In this document: in pieces, positions 38,569 through 48,823 of the stretch
How positions within the stretch are numbered: position 1 is the stretch's first letter
Layout of the letters: each line of letters opens with the position of its first letter
Assembly: GCA_965195285.1 (NCBI GenBank)
Contig: CBDAFS010000012.1
Location: forward strand, 64,001-128,000
Length of the DNA stretch: 64,000 nucleotides
From: an uncultured Aminicenantes bacterium
Lineage (GTDB): Bacteria > Acidobacteriota > Aminicenantia > UBA2199
Direction of reading: 5' to 3'
Notes under the pieces: model-generated
The model's database searches: none
The model's input: only the letters and a program-made list of their open reading frames with translations
Told to the model about the DNA's origin: nothing
Made by a program: the position numbers and the translations under genes

Positions 38569-40775
38569 ACAATAACAAATGTAAATATTTAATTATTATC
38601 CTGTTATTTTTCTTGTTTGCAGGCAATAACATTATCTTCAGCCAATCTACAGATAAGGAAGGTATTACTCTGACCTGGAAGGACCTGCAGAAACTCCTCA
38701 ATCTTAATGCCAATAAAATAGAGATCACATGGGAGGGATTCAGGAAACTTCTTAAACAGACCGGGGCCCGGATGGATATGGTTTTTGAGATCAAAGACGG
38801 GATAGTGACTATCAAGCGGGAACAATTCAGGCAGATCCTCAAAAAAATGAAACCTGTTGAGAAAATTGTGGTGGATCCGCCCAAAGACTATATTATTACA
38901 GAAGCGGAATATTATGGAACAGCAGGGAATAAGAATAGCAACTTTTCTGCCATATTTAAGATCTATGTTTTTGATCGAAAAAACCCGGTTTATATTAATA
39001 TTCCGATTATTCACACCAATTTTGCATTAAAAGATATCCGCGTTAATAAAAAGCCTGCGCTAATTCACACCAGAGGGGCCTGGCATAATCTCATCCTGAA
39101 CCGGAAAGGCTTATATCGGGTTAAAGCTGTTTTTTCAATTGGAAACAATAAACAAAGCCTTTATCTTCCCGTTATTCGTTCAAATATCAACCGTTTGGAT
39201 TTCACCGTATTAAATAATAATCTGGAGATAAATGTTGATCCGTCCATAAATGTAAAAAGAAAAAACACAAGTAACAAGACTCAAATCCATACTAATTTCC
39301 CCCCGACAAGCAAGCTCCTGATTAACTGGACCAGAAGGACAGAGAAGAGGGAAAAACAGCCCCCATTCTTTTATGCCAATACCCGTTCGTTAATTTCAGC
39401 GGAGGCTGATATTCTGCGGGTTAAAACCCGTGTTAATCTGGATATTATTCAGAGTACACTCGACAGGGTTTCCCTGGTGGTGCCGGAGAATTATGAAGTG
39501 ATAAAAATCGATGGCGTGGCAGACAGCGAGTGGTGGGTAAGGAAAACCGCTATTGGAAGGGTTCTGGAGATCCATTTCAGGTATGATGTTGACCGTACTA
39601 TCGGGTTTACCGTATATGCAGAACGAATGATGACTGCAGAAACTATTGCTGCTGATTTTACCGGTTTTAAGGTGATTAAAGCCAGAAGAGAGACCGGGGA
39701 TTTAGGGATTGTTTCCGAAAGTTCGGTACAGGTTAACATAGATGAGAAAGATAATTCCGGACTGGAAAAAATAGAATTTCATAAACTGCCGAAAGGTTTT
39801 CTACATATATCATCACGTCCGATCCTGTCTGCCTTTAAATATATCAAACACCCTTTCAAGCTCCTTGTTCGTATAACCAAACATGACCGGGTAGAGGGTA
39901 TTTCCACAGTAATTGAGTCTGCTGATATAACCTCACTTTTTTTAAAGGAAGGTAAAATGATCTATCATATTATGTATAGGGTACTGAATACCTATAAACA
40001 GTTCATGGAACTGGAACTGCCAAAAGATTCAATTATCTGGACTGTTTATGTAGATAATAAAAGGGGAAAAGCATCCAGCAATAAGAAAGGAAAAGTGTTG
40101 ATCCCTTTGATACGTTCTTCTGGCAATGGGGAAAACATAAGGCCTTTTAATGTTGAGTTGATTTATACCTTACCCATAGATAAATTCAGAATATTCGGTA
40201 AAGGAGAGTGTTTTATTCCTTCCTGTGATATTTTTATAAATAAAATGAGAGTTTCACTGCACATACCCCAGGGATATGGTTATAATTTTGATAAAACCGG
40301 ATGGGAGGAAGAGAAACCACCAGATTCCAGGCAAAAAAGAAAAGAAGATATATCAAGAATTTCATCTTTTGAAGAAAAAACCGATAGATACAAACAAATT
40401 GAAAAAGCAATTACAGTTGATAGTAAAGCACCTTTGAGTAAAAAAACAGATGAGACAGTAAAAGAAACTAAAGAAGGGGGCGTATCGGGTGGAGTGGTTG
40501 CAGGGGAATTAACTCCGCCTCCATCAGGAAAAGTTCAGAGAAAACCAAGATCCGGAATTGTTACCGGACCTGCAGGCCTCAGCTCAATAAAGGTTTATCT
40601 TCCCTTGTCCGGTATACGGTTTGTATTTTCTAAAAAAATTGTTGATAAAAACGAGAAATTTTCTTTACGGTTTTCTTATTTCAGCCAGTGGTTAAAAACC
40701 GGAATTATATACCTGTTTGTTTTTATAATTGTTATTGGTATAGCCATTATTATCAGGCGCAAATTTAAAAAATAA
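38565..40775 (+). CDS. Large exported, C-terminally membrane-anchored hypothetical protein (paralog B)
   Basis: ATGA overlap with paralog A; shares PP.DYIIT.AEY, RETG, NTYKQF..LELP and LP.SG motifs. Confidence 0.85.
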   Translation: MNNNKCKYLIIILLFFLFAGNNIIFSQSTDKEGITLTWKDLQKLLNLNANKIEITWEGFRKLLKQTGARMDMVFEIKDGIVTIKREQFRQILKKMKPVEKIVVDPPKDYIITEAEYYGTAGNKNSNFSAIFKIYVFDRKNPVYINIPIIHTNFALKDIRVNKKPALIHTRGAWHNLILNRKGLYRVKAVFSIGNNKQSLYLPVIRSNINRLDFTVLNNNLEINVDPSINVKRKNTSNKTQIHTNFPPTSKLLINWTRRTEKREKQPPFFYANTRSLISAEADILRVKTRVNLDIIQSTLDRVSLVVPENYEVIKIDGVADSEWWVRKTAIGRVLEIHFRYDVDRTIGFTVYAERMMTAETIAADFTGFKVIKARRETGDLGIVSESSVQVNIDEKDNSGLEKIEFHKLPKGFLHISSRPILSAFKYIKHPFKLLVRITKHDRVEGISTVIESADITSLFLKEGKMIYHIMYRVLNTYKQFMELELPKDSIIWTVYVDNKRGKASSNKKGKVLIPLIRSSGNGENIRPFNVELIYTLPIDKFRIFGKGECFIPSCDIFINKMRVSLHIPQGYGYNFDKTGWEEEKPPDSRQKRKEDISRISSFEEKTDRYKQIEKAITVDSKAPLSKKTDETVKETKEGGVSGGVVAGELTPPPSGKVQRKPRSGIVTGPAGLSSIKVYLPLSGIRFVFSKKIVDKNEKFSLRFSYFSQWLKTGIIYLFVFIIVIGIAIIIRRKFKK

Positions 40776-40784
40776 AAATAAGAT

Positions 40785-40807
40785 AAGGGGTCAGATCTTC
40801 GTTTGAC
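40785..40807 (+). repeat. Junction motif AAGGGGTCAGATCTTCGTTTGAC
   Basis: AAGGGGTCAGATCTT recurs exactly at 44364-44378; inverted partner at 35939. Confidence 0.8.
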
Positions 40808-40834
40808 GTTTAAAAACACAATTCTTTTATTTTC

Positions 40835-41046
40835 TTATTCTTCTATGTTTTCAAGAATATGCCGGCGCAACTTTTCAAAAGCCAGCGCTCCTGTTATATG
40901 CCCCTTTTCCAGCACTGTTATTAAGCGTTCGTCATAACACTGTTTTTGATCAAGTTATCCATTTTTGATTTGTCATAAGATTGAGCATTTAGCTCAAATG
41001 CCATAAATAAGAAGAGTAATGTGATTAATGTTAATTTTATTTTCAT
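40835..41046 (-). pseudogene. Deletion remnant of a secreted protein gene
   Basis: AAGGAGG RBS then MKIKLTLITLLFLFMAFELNAQSYDKSKMDNL..., stopping after 41 aa (40921). An overlapping frame encodes a C-terminus-like ...LITVLEKGHITGALAFEKLRRHILENIEE*. Confidence 0.5.
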
Positions 41047-41292
41047 TTTTTATTCCTCCTTGTTTTTTATCTCTTTTGGAAATTAACGTCGTAGGAAAAT
41101 CTTTTTTTCATCTTAATGAAATATTAGGGAAATTATTGTTCATTGTCAAAAAAGAAGGCGGAACCCATTCTATTTATCTTTCTGTCTACCTTTTCCAATC
41201 CTGCATAGAGGGGTAGGGCCAGTGTGTTGTGACCCCTTTTGTTTCAGAAACCCCTTAAAAAACAGGGACAATTTAATTGCTTCAATCTGTCA

Positions 41293-44247
41293 TTACCTTT
41301 GGACAGGTTCCAAATGTTGGTCTAGCCAATTAAGTACTTCTTTAATAAGTTGATTTCGAGGCACAAAATGTCCTGAATCATAGGTGATTTTTCGTTTAAG
41401 TTTCTGTGATGTTCCGAGTAGTTCAAACATTGGTCTTTGAGATGTTTTGTATATAAAACTGGCATCATATTTTCCATTTAACATGAGTACCGGAATCTTC
41501 ATGCGAGGAAGAAAAGTAAAGGGATCAACTTCCGGAAGATGCTTTTTGGAACTCAGCCCGGCAACATATAGGACACATACCTTAATACGTTTTTCAATAG
41601 CGACCATTAAGGGGCCCAATCGGCCTCCCCAACTGAAACCGTAATAGGCGAGTTTGGCCGTATCGATATCGATGCGGGTTTCCAGATAATCAATAGACCG
41701 CGCTAAATCTTTGTACCATTGAATCACATGTTCTTTGTAGGCAATTTCACTTTGGGAAGTTGATCTTTCCTTATAACGGCGCTCATAAGTACCCTTGAAA
41801 ACAGGATAGATCACCGCACGTCCATCTCTTACAATAAAATCTATATTATTGAGAGTCAACAACGATGTACTGGACAACATACGGAGGGCGGAAGCACCTG
41901 GAAAATACACGACAACCTGATAGGGTGGTTTAATATTGTTGGGAAGAAAAAGGTAGGCAATAACACGCTCATTACCATAGGCGGCATCAAATGAAATCTT
42001 TTGTTTTATCCAGATTTCTTTACTATGGTCTTCAGATTCGATTACTGCATTCAAATCTGTCTTATCATAAGCGTACATCCTCTTAAAAATCTCAAATTCT
42101 TGATCAGATACCGGCTGTTCACTCATAAAATCTCTGGGAACTTTTGATTTTATCGGACTTTTGAGAATCGTCAGGTTTTCATCGGTTTCATGATAAGTAA
42201 CACAACGAAATCCATTCATTGGAGACCGATCAAACGACGGCTGCGAATAATGCTTATCAGTGAACATATAAGGCGGGTCGCTCCAACCACCCCCTAAGGT
42301 AAGACGTTGCCCACTCAGGCTGCTTTTATTCCAGCACCATTCCCGTGCATTGCCGGCCATATCATGAGTTCCGAAGGAACTCATCGCATGATTGGTGCCC
42401 TTCGGAAGGGAACCGGAATTGTTGAAATTGCTTGCCAGAATTACAAATGAATTACCATGGGACATGTCGAATTCCCCGAGCATTTTTGGAAGACGCTGAC
42501 GAGTATCTAGTCCCGCAGCCCTTCTCCAGTGGTAATAGGTTGGCAGTGACTTTCCCATAAAATCAGCATAGGCTTCCGCTTCATACCAACACACACCCGT
42601 TACCGGATAATCACCCTCGCCCTCCGGATAATCCCCGGCTTGCCATGTGGCCGGGCCGGGCCGACCGGTCTGATCAATGAATAGAGCAACGGCTTCGTTC
42701 CAGGAAAGGGTTTGTTCATCTTTCATGAAAGATTGTTTCCAGTACTGCTTATTTCTATATCCACCACTATCTACAAACCTCTTATATTCACTATTAGTAA
42801 CCTCATATTTATCAATTAGATAGTCTTTGATTTGCACTTCATGGATATCTTCACGATTTTGAAGGGTTACCTGAATTCTCACACTGGGTATACGCACCAT
42901 GGACTCAGGAATATTTCCATTCTCATCAAGCAGGTAACGCCTTTGATTAAGTTGATCCGAACTCGTTGCGTCATAAATGGTTCGGAATCCTTTTTTCTCA
43001 ATTTTTATTCTGGAAAAACCAATCGGAAATCTGATGTTATCCAGTGGTGTTACTCCGGCATATTGCCAATCTTCCCCGTCTTTTGCGTTATATTCTTTCC
43101 AGAATATATTTGCATTGTTTGGTTCTGAACGAATAGTAAGATACCTCGAGAAGCGCGGCCAGAGTTTGACCAGCATGGGATCGTCAGGGATATGTTGCTT
43201 TGCCTTTGTGGCCAATTTAAAAGCAGTACTATAATGACCCTCTTCGGCAAGCCGTTCGATTTCAGGTATAACTTCATTTTTTGCCTCACGGATTTCAGTA
43301 AGACGATGAGTAAACCGTATCAGGAGAAAAGAAATTGCGAGAATAATAAGAGTAAATGGAATAGCAAGTTTTGGCTTTTTGAATAATTTTAATATGTTCT
43401 TTATCTTTTTAAACCGAATGGGTGGTGTTTTAGACGTGGGTTGAAAATTCATCAGGTCCTTTAAGAGTTCGGTTATGGTAGAATAGCGTGATTTCGGATC
43501 TTTTTCGAGCGACCGAAGAATGATTCGTTCAAAATCTTCCGGTAGATTATTTTGAAATTCTCTTGGATGTTTCGGGTCCTCATTCATAATCGAATACACC
43601 ACCGCCTGTTCATATTCTCCCTTAAAAGGTAATTGTTCTGCAATCATTTCGTATAAAATCACTCCAAAAGACCAGATATCTGTTTTATAATCCACTTCGT
43701 CTCCACTCGCTTGCTCCGGAGACATATAGGCTACGGTTCCAAGTGTAGATTGTGTTTTGGTCAATTTAGTTCGTCCGGACAACTTGGCTAAACCAAAGTC
43801 AAGAATTTTTACTACGCCCTCAGTTGTGATAAAAATATTAGCAGGTTTTATATCTCTATGGATGATTCCTTTTTTATGTGCTTTTTCCAAACCTTCTGAT
43901 ATTTGGATCGATATATCAACCGTTTCATCAAAATTTAATGTTCTCCGGCTAATTTTTTCCTTTAGTGTTTCGCCTTCATAATAATCCATACATATGAAAA
44001 AGCGCCCATCATCAGTTTTATTTATTTCATGAATAGTGCAAATGTTATTGTGTTGGAGTGATGATGCAGATTGGGCCTCACGAATGAAACGTTCCTCGGT
44101 TTCTTTGTCTCTGGTCAATTCCGGTGGTAAAAACTTTAACGCTACATTGCGTTTTAGGTTGGTGTCCTCAGCTTTGTAAACCACTCCCATACCACCGGAA
44201 CCAATTATGTCGAGAATTTTATAATTAGAAATGGTTTTGCCAATCAT
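41293..44247 (-). CDS. Ser/Thr protein kinase - TM - FGE-sulfatase (SUMF1) - alpha/beta hydrolase fusion
   Basis: GSGGMGVVY, HRDIKPAN, DFG and YMSPEQ; YEVTN, DMAGNAREW and GFRC; GFSWGG with Asp (GKYD) and His (SGH). Confidence 0.9.
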   Translation of the reverse strand: MIGKTISNYKILDIIGSGGMGVVYKAEDTNLKRNVALKFLPPELTRDKETEERFIREAQSASSLQHNNICTIHEINKTDDGRFFICMDYYEGETLKEKISRRTLNFDETVDISIQISEGLEKAHKKGIIHRDIKPANIFITTEGVVKILDFGLAKLSGRTKLTKTQSTLGTVAYMSPEQASGDEVDYKTDIWSFGVILYEMIAEQLPFKGEYEQAVVYSIMNEDPKHPREFQNNLPEDFERIILRSLEKDPKSRYSTITELLKDLMNFQPTSKTPPIRFKKIKNILKLFKKPKLAIPFTLIILAISFLLIRFTHRLTEIREAKNEVIPEIERLAEEGHYSTAFKLATKAKQHIPDDPMLVKLWPRFSRYLTIRSEPNNANIFWKEYNAKDGEDWQYAGVTPLDNIRFPIGFSRIKIEKKGFRTIYDATSSDQLNQRRYLLDENGNIPESMVRIPSVRIQVTLQNREDIHEVQIKDYLIDKYEVTNSEYKRFVDSGGYRNKQYWKQSFMKDEQTLSWNEAVALFIDQTGRPGPATWQAGDYPEGEGDYPVTGVCWYEAEAYADFMGKSLPTYYHWRRAAGLDTRQRLPKMLGEFDMSHGNSFVILASNFNNSGSLPKGTNHAMSSFGTHDMAGNAREWCWNKSSLSGQRLTLGGGWSDPPYMFTDKHYSQPSFDRSPMNGFRCVTYHETDENLTILKSPIKSKVPRDFMSEQPVSDQEFEIFKRMYAYDKTDLNAVIESEDHSKEIWIKQKISFDAAYGNERVIAYLFLPNNIKPPYQVVVYFPGASALRMLSSTSLLTLNNIDFIVRDGRAVIYPVFKGTYERRYKERSTSQSEIAYKEHVIQWYKDLARSIDYLETRIDIDTAKLAYYGFSWGGRLGPLMVAIEKRIKVCVLYVAGLSSKKHLPEVDPFTFLPRMKIPVLMLNGKYDASFIYKTSQRPMFELLGTSQKLKRKITYDSGHFVPRNQLIKEVLNWLDQHLEPVQR

Positions 44248-44353
44248 TATTACCTCGTAAATTATTTAAAAATTCTACCACTTTTAGATCTGATTTTTAT
44301 AACAGTATAACACAACGATAACCGGATTTAAACGCCTTATGGATTTTCAAAGA

Positions 44354-44411
44354 GGGGTCCAAAAAGGGGTCAGATCTTGGATTTTGCATTGTTAATTAAA
44401 AGACCTGACCC
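44354..44411. repeat. REPIN-like hairpin GGGTCAGATCTT-21 nt-AAGACCTGACCC preceded by a partial GGGGTC copy
   Basis: 11/12 inverted match between 44367-44378 and 44400-44411. Confidence 0.8.
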
Positions 44412-44424
44412 AGAATATGAATAA

Positions 44425-45672
44425 TTAAAAACTGTATTTAATCTTTACATATACCATGTCGTTTTTATTGAACTGTCCGAACATGCCTTTGTCGCCGGTA
44501 AAAATATTTGCTCCGAGCAACACATCAAAACCGTCAAAAAGTTTATAGGTCACTTTTCCGCGTATAAGCGCATCTCCATTATTCAGGCCTACATAAGTGA
44601 ACAATTCAAGGAACAATGTTTCCCTTAACAAATCTTTGGAAGCGAGAAAAGTCATCATATTTTCCGCACGGTCATTTAAAATCGGATCTTCATAATCCAG
44701 TATCAGCTGCTGAATGAACTGAATGCTCATTTTAATATCCAACAGTGTAAAATCAACTCCGAGCAGGTAATGTAAATAATTTTTTTCAACTACCCCTTCT
44801 TCAAGCATGGGATCCTCTGATAAAAAATATTTTCCAAAATACCAAGCCCCTTCTCCTTTTATTACGAAGCTTCCGAGTGTTGTACCAAAACTCCCCCCGA
44901 CAAGCCCTAAACGGTGGTGCTCCGGAATAACTGTTATCGAGTCGGGCTGCAATGTTACCGGATCAATATTCTTTACTGTATGCATTGTAGGGTCATCATC
45001 CCACATATATCCACCCATAATGTCGAAGTCCAGTGCAGAGGTCACAGCGGAATATTTGAGGAATACTTCACTGTTCTTAACGCTTTTGGATACCTCCTCC
45101 CTGGAATAATCAAACTCAGGTTGAAGCGGAAGATCAAACCCGGGATTCCATATTGAATCCTCATCCGGGAACCTGGTGGGTGTAAAAACCGGTACCCAGA
45201 CAAACTCAATAGTACTATCACCTATATAGTAATCAGCTTTTAGGGATGTTATCCCAATCCGGATCTCATCAAATTCGGGAAGCAAAAATTCCCTGAGGTC
45301 TTTAGGTGAGATAACATCAGTGATAAAAACCCCGTCTGCTTTTCCCCAAATGATCTGCTGCTTTCCGATCCGGATATCCATCGAATTAAAAAAAATATCA
45401 ATATAGGCCTGGCGCAGCCCTATCTCCAGGTCCTGATCCGGATACTGGTAAATGTAAGGATTGACTTTAAATGCTATTTTCTCTTTTGAATGATCCAGGT
45501 TTAAATTAAATGTGTTCTGGATTATGGCAAAATCGTTTCCGGCTGATAACAGTATCCCGGAATAATTCCTTACATAACCGGTAAGGTTAAGTGAGCCTGC
45601 ATTTAATCCAACCAAAGGAGTCAGCAGGAATACCAATATCCCTACTGTTATAAATGTTCGGTTCCGCATCAC
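44425..45672 (-). CDS. Outer-membrane beta-barrel (DUF1302-like)
   Basis: Signal peptide, LRQAYID, IRIGKQQIIWGKADG, C-terminal KYSF. Confidence 0.75.
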   Translation of the reverse strand: MMRNRTFITVGILVFLLTPLVGLNAGSLNLTGYVRNYSGILLSAGNDFAIIQNTFNLNLDHSKEKIAFKVNPYIYQYPDQDLEIGLRQAYIDIFFNSMDIRIGKQQIIWGKADGVFITDVISPKDLREFLLPEFDEIRIGITSLKADYYIGDSTIEFVWVPVFTPTRFPDEDSIWNPGFDLPLQPEFDYSREEVSKSVKNSEVFLKYSAVTSALDFDIMGGYMWDDDPTMHTVKNIDPVTLQPDSITVIPEHHRLGLVGGSFGTTLGSFVIKGEGAWYFGKYFLSEDPMLEEGVVEKNYLHYLLGVDFTLLDIKMSIQFIQQLILDYEDPILNDRAENMMTFLASKDLLRETLFLELFTYVGLNNGDALIRGKVTYKLFDGFDVLLGANIFTGDKGMFGQFNKNDMVYVKIKYSF

Positions 45673-46451
45673 AGGCCTCTCTTCATCATCCTTTCGGTAA
45701 ACTGTCTGGCCGGAATACCTGTATTAATCATCATATCTGAAAGTTCCATCAGTGTTGAGTGTTTTTTCTGAACATTGTACATCTCAGAATCGAGGATCGT
45801 CCAGAATCCGCTGATTTTTTCATGTTTCCTGATTTTCAGAATCTTTAACAATTCTCCGTCTTCATCATAGAATTCCCTTTGTAACCCTATCCATTTATCT
45901 TTAATAATCCAGGTTATTGTCCGCGAATACATATATTCCTCATCTTTTGTTTTACTCTCAACAACATAACAGTCTTCACCTTTGAAGTTCTCTTCCCTTA
46001 ATAACCTGTGGTTATCCTCATTGGGATGCCTATCACCAAGATCATCATAAGTAAAATCCGAACCCATAAAATAATCACTTTTACTGTCACTGGAAATTCT
46101 TTTTACCCTTTTAAGAGCTGGCAGATAAATCCACTGGTCATCATCTTTCCCCTCTTCAACATAACTCCAGTTCATAAATGATGTATTTCTTACATCAGCT
46201 GGTGAAATAAAGAACATAATACTCTTCTCTACTTTTCCGAAATCCTTGGTAAACTGTTTTATCTTTCTAACCCGTTTATTTCCATGAGAATTGATAAGGG
46301 TCATGGTAAGATTACCCCTGCTGTCATTCCCATCATCCCGGTTATAAACTTTTTCCATGATCTGTAATCCTGTATGTTCCGCTCCGGTTACCGTGAGTAC
46401 CGGCAGAAGAATAAAACTTAAAACCAAAATCTGAATTCTTTTTACTGACAT
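45669..46451 (-). CDS. Outer-membrane lipoprotein-sorting protein (LolA-like)
   Basis: SPADVRNT, DDQWIYLPALKRVKRI and FMGSDFTYDD motifs. Confidence 0.88.
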   Translation of the reverse strand: MSVKRIQILVLSFILLPVLTVTGAEHTGLQIMEKVYNRDDGNDSRGNLTMTLINSHGNKRVRKIKQFTKDFGKVEKSIMFFISPADVRNTSFMNWSYVEEGKDDDQWIYLPALKRVKRISSDSKSDYFMGSDFTYDDLGDRHPNEDNHRLLREENFKGEDCYVVESKTKDEEYMYSRTITWIIKDKWIGLQREFYDEDGELLKILKIRKHEKISGFWTILDSEMYNVQKKHSTLMELSDMMINTGIPARQFTERMMKRGL

Positions 46452-46452
46452 T

Positions 46453-48768
46453 TCAAACCTCCTGTTTTCTGTTTGTTTTGTTTTTATCTTTTTTAAAATA
46501 TAGATTTGACATGTAAAGAAGCAGATACATTATTGAAACAGTGCCGACAAAACTTGTGAACATATTCATGGATACAAGTGCTCCGAGTGACCGGTTAGGC
46601 GGGAAAGCGGAGAATAAAAGTACTAAAAATCCTGTAATTACAACAAGGGCATTAAACACTATGGCCCTACCGGAGTGCTGCATAGTAAGTTCTCTTGCAA
46701 TAATCTTATCCCCTGTTTCAATAGAATATATCTTATATCTTTCAATAAAATGAACCGCATAATCAATCCCTATTCCGACTGCAATACTGGATAACAACGC
46801 TGTAGTTGTGCTCAGGGGAATATTGAATAATCCCATTACCCCGAAACTTATCAATGCAGTGATAACGATAGGGACAGACCCGATAAATCCTGCAAGAACT
46901 TTTTTAAACATTATCGAGAGGAGAATTATGATCATTACAAGTGATATCAACAGGCTCAATATCTGCCCCAATAGTATCAGGTCGGTAAAAACAAGCCCCT
47001 TGTATCCGGAACCTGCATAGTTGATCTTAACTCCAAGTTCATTTAGCTTCGTCATATACCTCTCAATAACTCCTATTGCACTCTTCATCACTTTTGAGTC
47101 ATCACTTTTCAGCTGGAGAATAACATTCATTTTTTTATAATCATAATTTACAACCTTCCAGAGATTCTCAGGATCTCCTGACATTTCGTATAGAAGCAGA
47201 TATTGAGCAACCAGATTTTTTGAATCAGGAATAGAATTGAACTCTTCTTTATCCGCATGCATCACCTTATTCATTCTTTTCAGGTAATCGGTAAGAGAGA
47301 AAGAATTACCCACCATCTCCTGTTTTTCAACATCTTTCTGTATATCGTCAATAACCCTGAGAATAGCCGGGTTTTTGAAGGCATCTTTTTCCCGGGAATC
47401 GAGAATAACATTTAAAGTCGATGTGCCACCGAAATGGGAATTTATAAATTTATCAGTTTGAACAATATCACTATCCTTTTCAAACTTATCAAGGAAACTT
47501 GAATTGATCCAGACCTTTCCGATCCCTATGAAAGACAGGATAATGATCGTCAATGTGATAAAAATAGTCAGGTATTTATATTTTATTATCCATTTTGAAA
47601 ATACGGTACCAAAACTATTTTTGATTGATCTATCCTTTGTCTTATTTTTATATTTCCACCCGGGAAGCCCGACTGCCATTAATCCCGCAGGGATCAGTAA
47701 CAGTGAGAAGAACATGGCCATCACAACTCCGAATGCGGTAAATAATCCGAAATATTTTATCGGGTAAACCTGGGAAGTAATTAAAGAAATAAAACCGACT
47801 GCTGTAGTAACAGAGGTCATGACAACCGGTTTCCACATCCCGTGGAACATGTCTGCTATCGCATCAATTTTTGAAGCAGAGGGGTTTTTTTTCATGAACA
47901 GATGTAAATGACTGAAAAGATGTATCCCGTCTGCAACACCGATCGCAATCAGCATTACCGGGATCATTGTCGAAACTGAATATATCGGGATATTTAATAT
48001 TGCCATTAATCCGAATGTAAGAACAGTACTGAATAAAACTACAAGCAGCGTGAGAATGGTTGCCTTGATACTTCTTAATAACAGCAGGAGTACAATGCTG
48101 ATTAAAAGTATAACGATCGGTACCATCTTCCGCATGTCTTTCGGGCCCAGGTATGCCAGGGTTCCCTCAACTATCGGGGTTCCGGCAACATAAATCCTTT
48201 CCGGCCCCTCATATTTTTTAGAAAGTTCCAGTATCCGGTGATAAAATTCCTGTGAAAAAACATCATCTTTGATCTCTGCAATTACAAGTGTTACGCTTTC
48301 ATCTACCGATACAAGGCGCCCAAAGATCATATCATTACCACGTACTGCGGAAGCCATTTTTTCCAATTGCCCGGTACTTTTCGGAACACTCTTAAAAAAG
48401 GGCTTAACATCCATTCCGTCTTCTGTCCCTGTGATATTGTCTGCAGTGAATAGCGATGTCACATCGCTTTTTTCTATCTCTTTCATTTTCTGCAGTTCTT
48501 TTGTGAGGTCTTTTATCTTTTTAATTGTACCGGGATTATATATCCCCTGCTTATTTTCAATGGCAATAATTATCCCGTCTTTTATGTTGAACCACTCTTC
48601 GGCTTGGCTACTATAGATGAATGCAGGATGTTCCTGCGGCATATATTCATCCAGGTCGGTCTCCATCCGGGTATTTGATCTCATTGCCATAAAAAATCCG
48701 ACAATTATGATTAATATCGCCAGCAATACGATCTTATTGAATTTTGTAATCAGTTTTAATATTTTCAT
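46453..48768 (-). CDS. MMPL/RND-family transporter
   Basis: Two halves with IAIGVADGIH and VGIGIDYAVH; TTAVGF motif. Confidence 0.9.
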   Translation of the reverse strand: MKILKLITKFNKIVLLAILIIIVGFFMAMRSNTRMETDLDEYMPQEHPAFIYSSQAEEWFNIKDGIIIAIENKQGIYNPGTIKKIKDLTKELQKMKEIEKSDVTSLFTADNITGTEDGMDVKPFFKSVPKSTGQLEKMASAVRGNDMIFGRLVSVDESVTLVIAEIKDDVFSQEFYHRILELSKKYEGPERIYVAGTPIVEGTLAYLGPKDMRKMVPIVILLISIVLLLLLRSIKATILTLLVVLFSTVLTFGLMAILNIPIYSVSTMIPVMLIAIGVADGIHLFSHLHLFMKKNPSASKIDAIADMFHGMWKPVVMTSVTTAVGFISLITSQVYPIKYFGLFTAFGVVMAMFFSLLLIPAGLMAVGLPGWKYKNKTKDRSIKNSFGTVFSKWIIKYKYLTIFITLTIIILSFIGIGKVWINSSFLDKFEKDSDIVQTDKFINSHFGGTSTLNVILDSREKDAFKNPAILRVIDDIQKDVEKQEMVGNSFSLTDYLKRMNKVMHADKEEFNSIPDSKNLVAQYLLLYEMSGDPENLWKVVNYDYKKMNVILQLKSDDSKVMKSAIGVIERYMTKLNELGVKINYAGSGYKGLVFTDLILLGQILSLLISLVMIIILLSIMFKKVLAGFIGSVPIVITALISFGVMGLFNIPLSTTTALLSSIAVGIGIDYAVHFIERYKIYSIETGDKIIARELTMQHSGRAIVFNALVVITGFLVLLFSAFPPNRSLGALVSMNMFTSFVGTVSIMYLLLYMSNLYFKKDKNKTNRKQEV

Positions 48769-48823
48769 TATTTTTACTCCTTTATGCAGTTAATACCAAT
48801 TACCATTTGCGGTAATAAAAATC

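Noticed and set aside
41028-41216. 62-aa plus-strand ORF, and similar ORFs 3489..3776 and 49477..49674
   Set aside because: Low-complexity translations of AT-rich intergenic DNA without an RBS.
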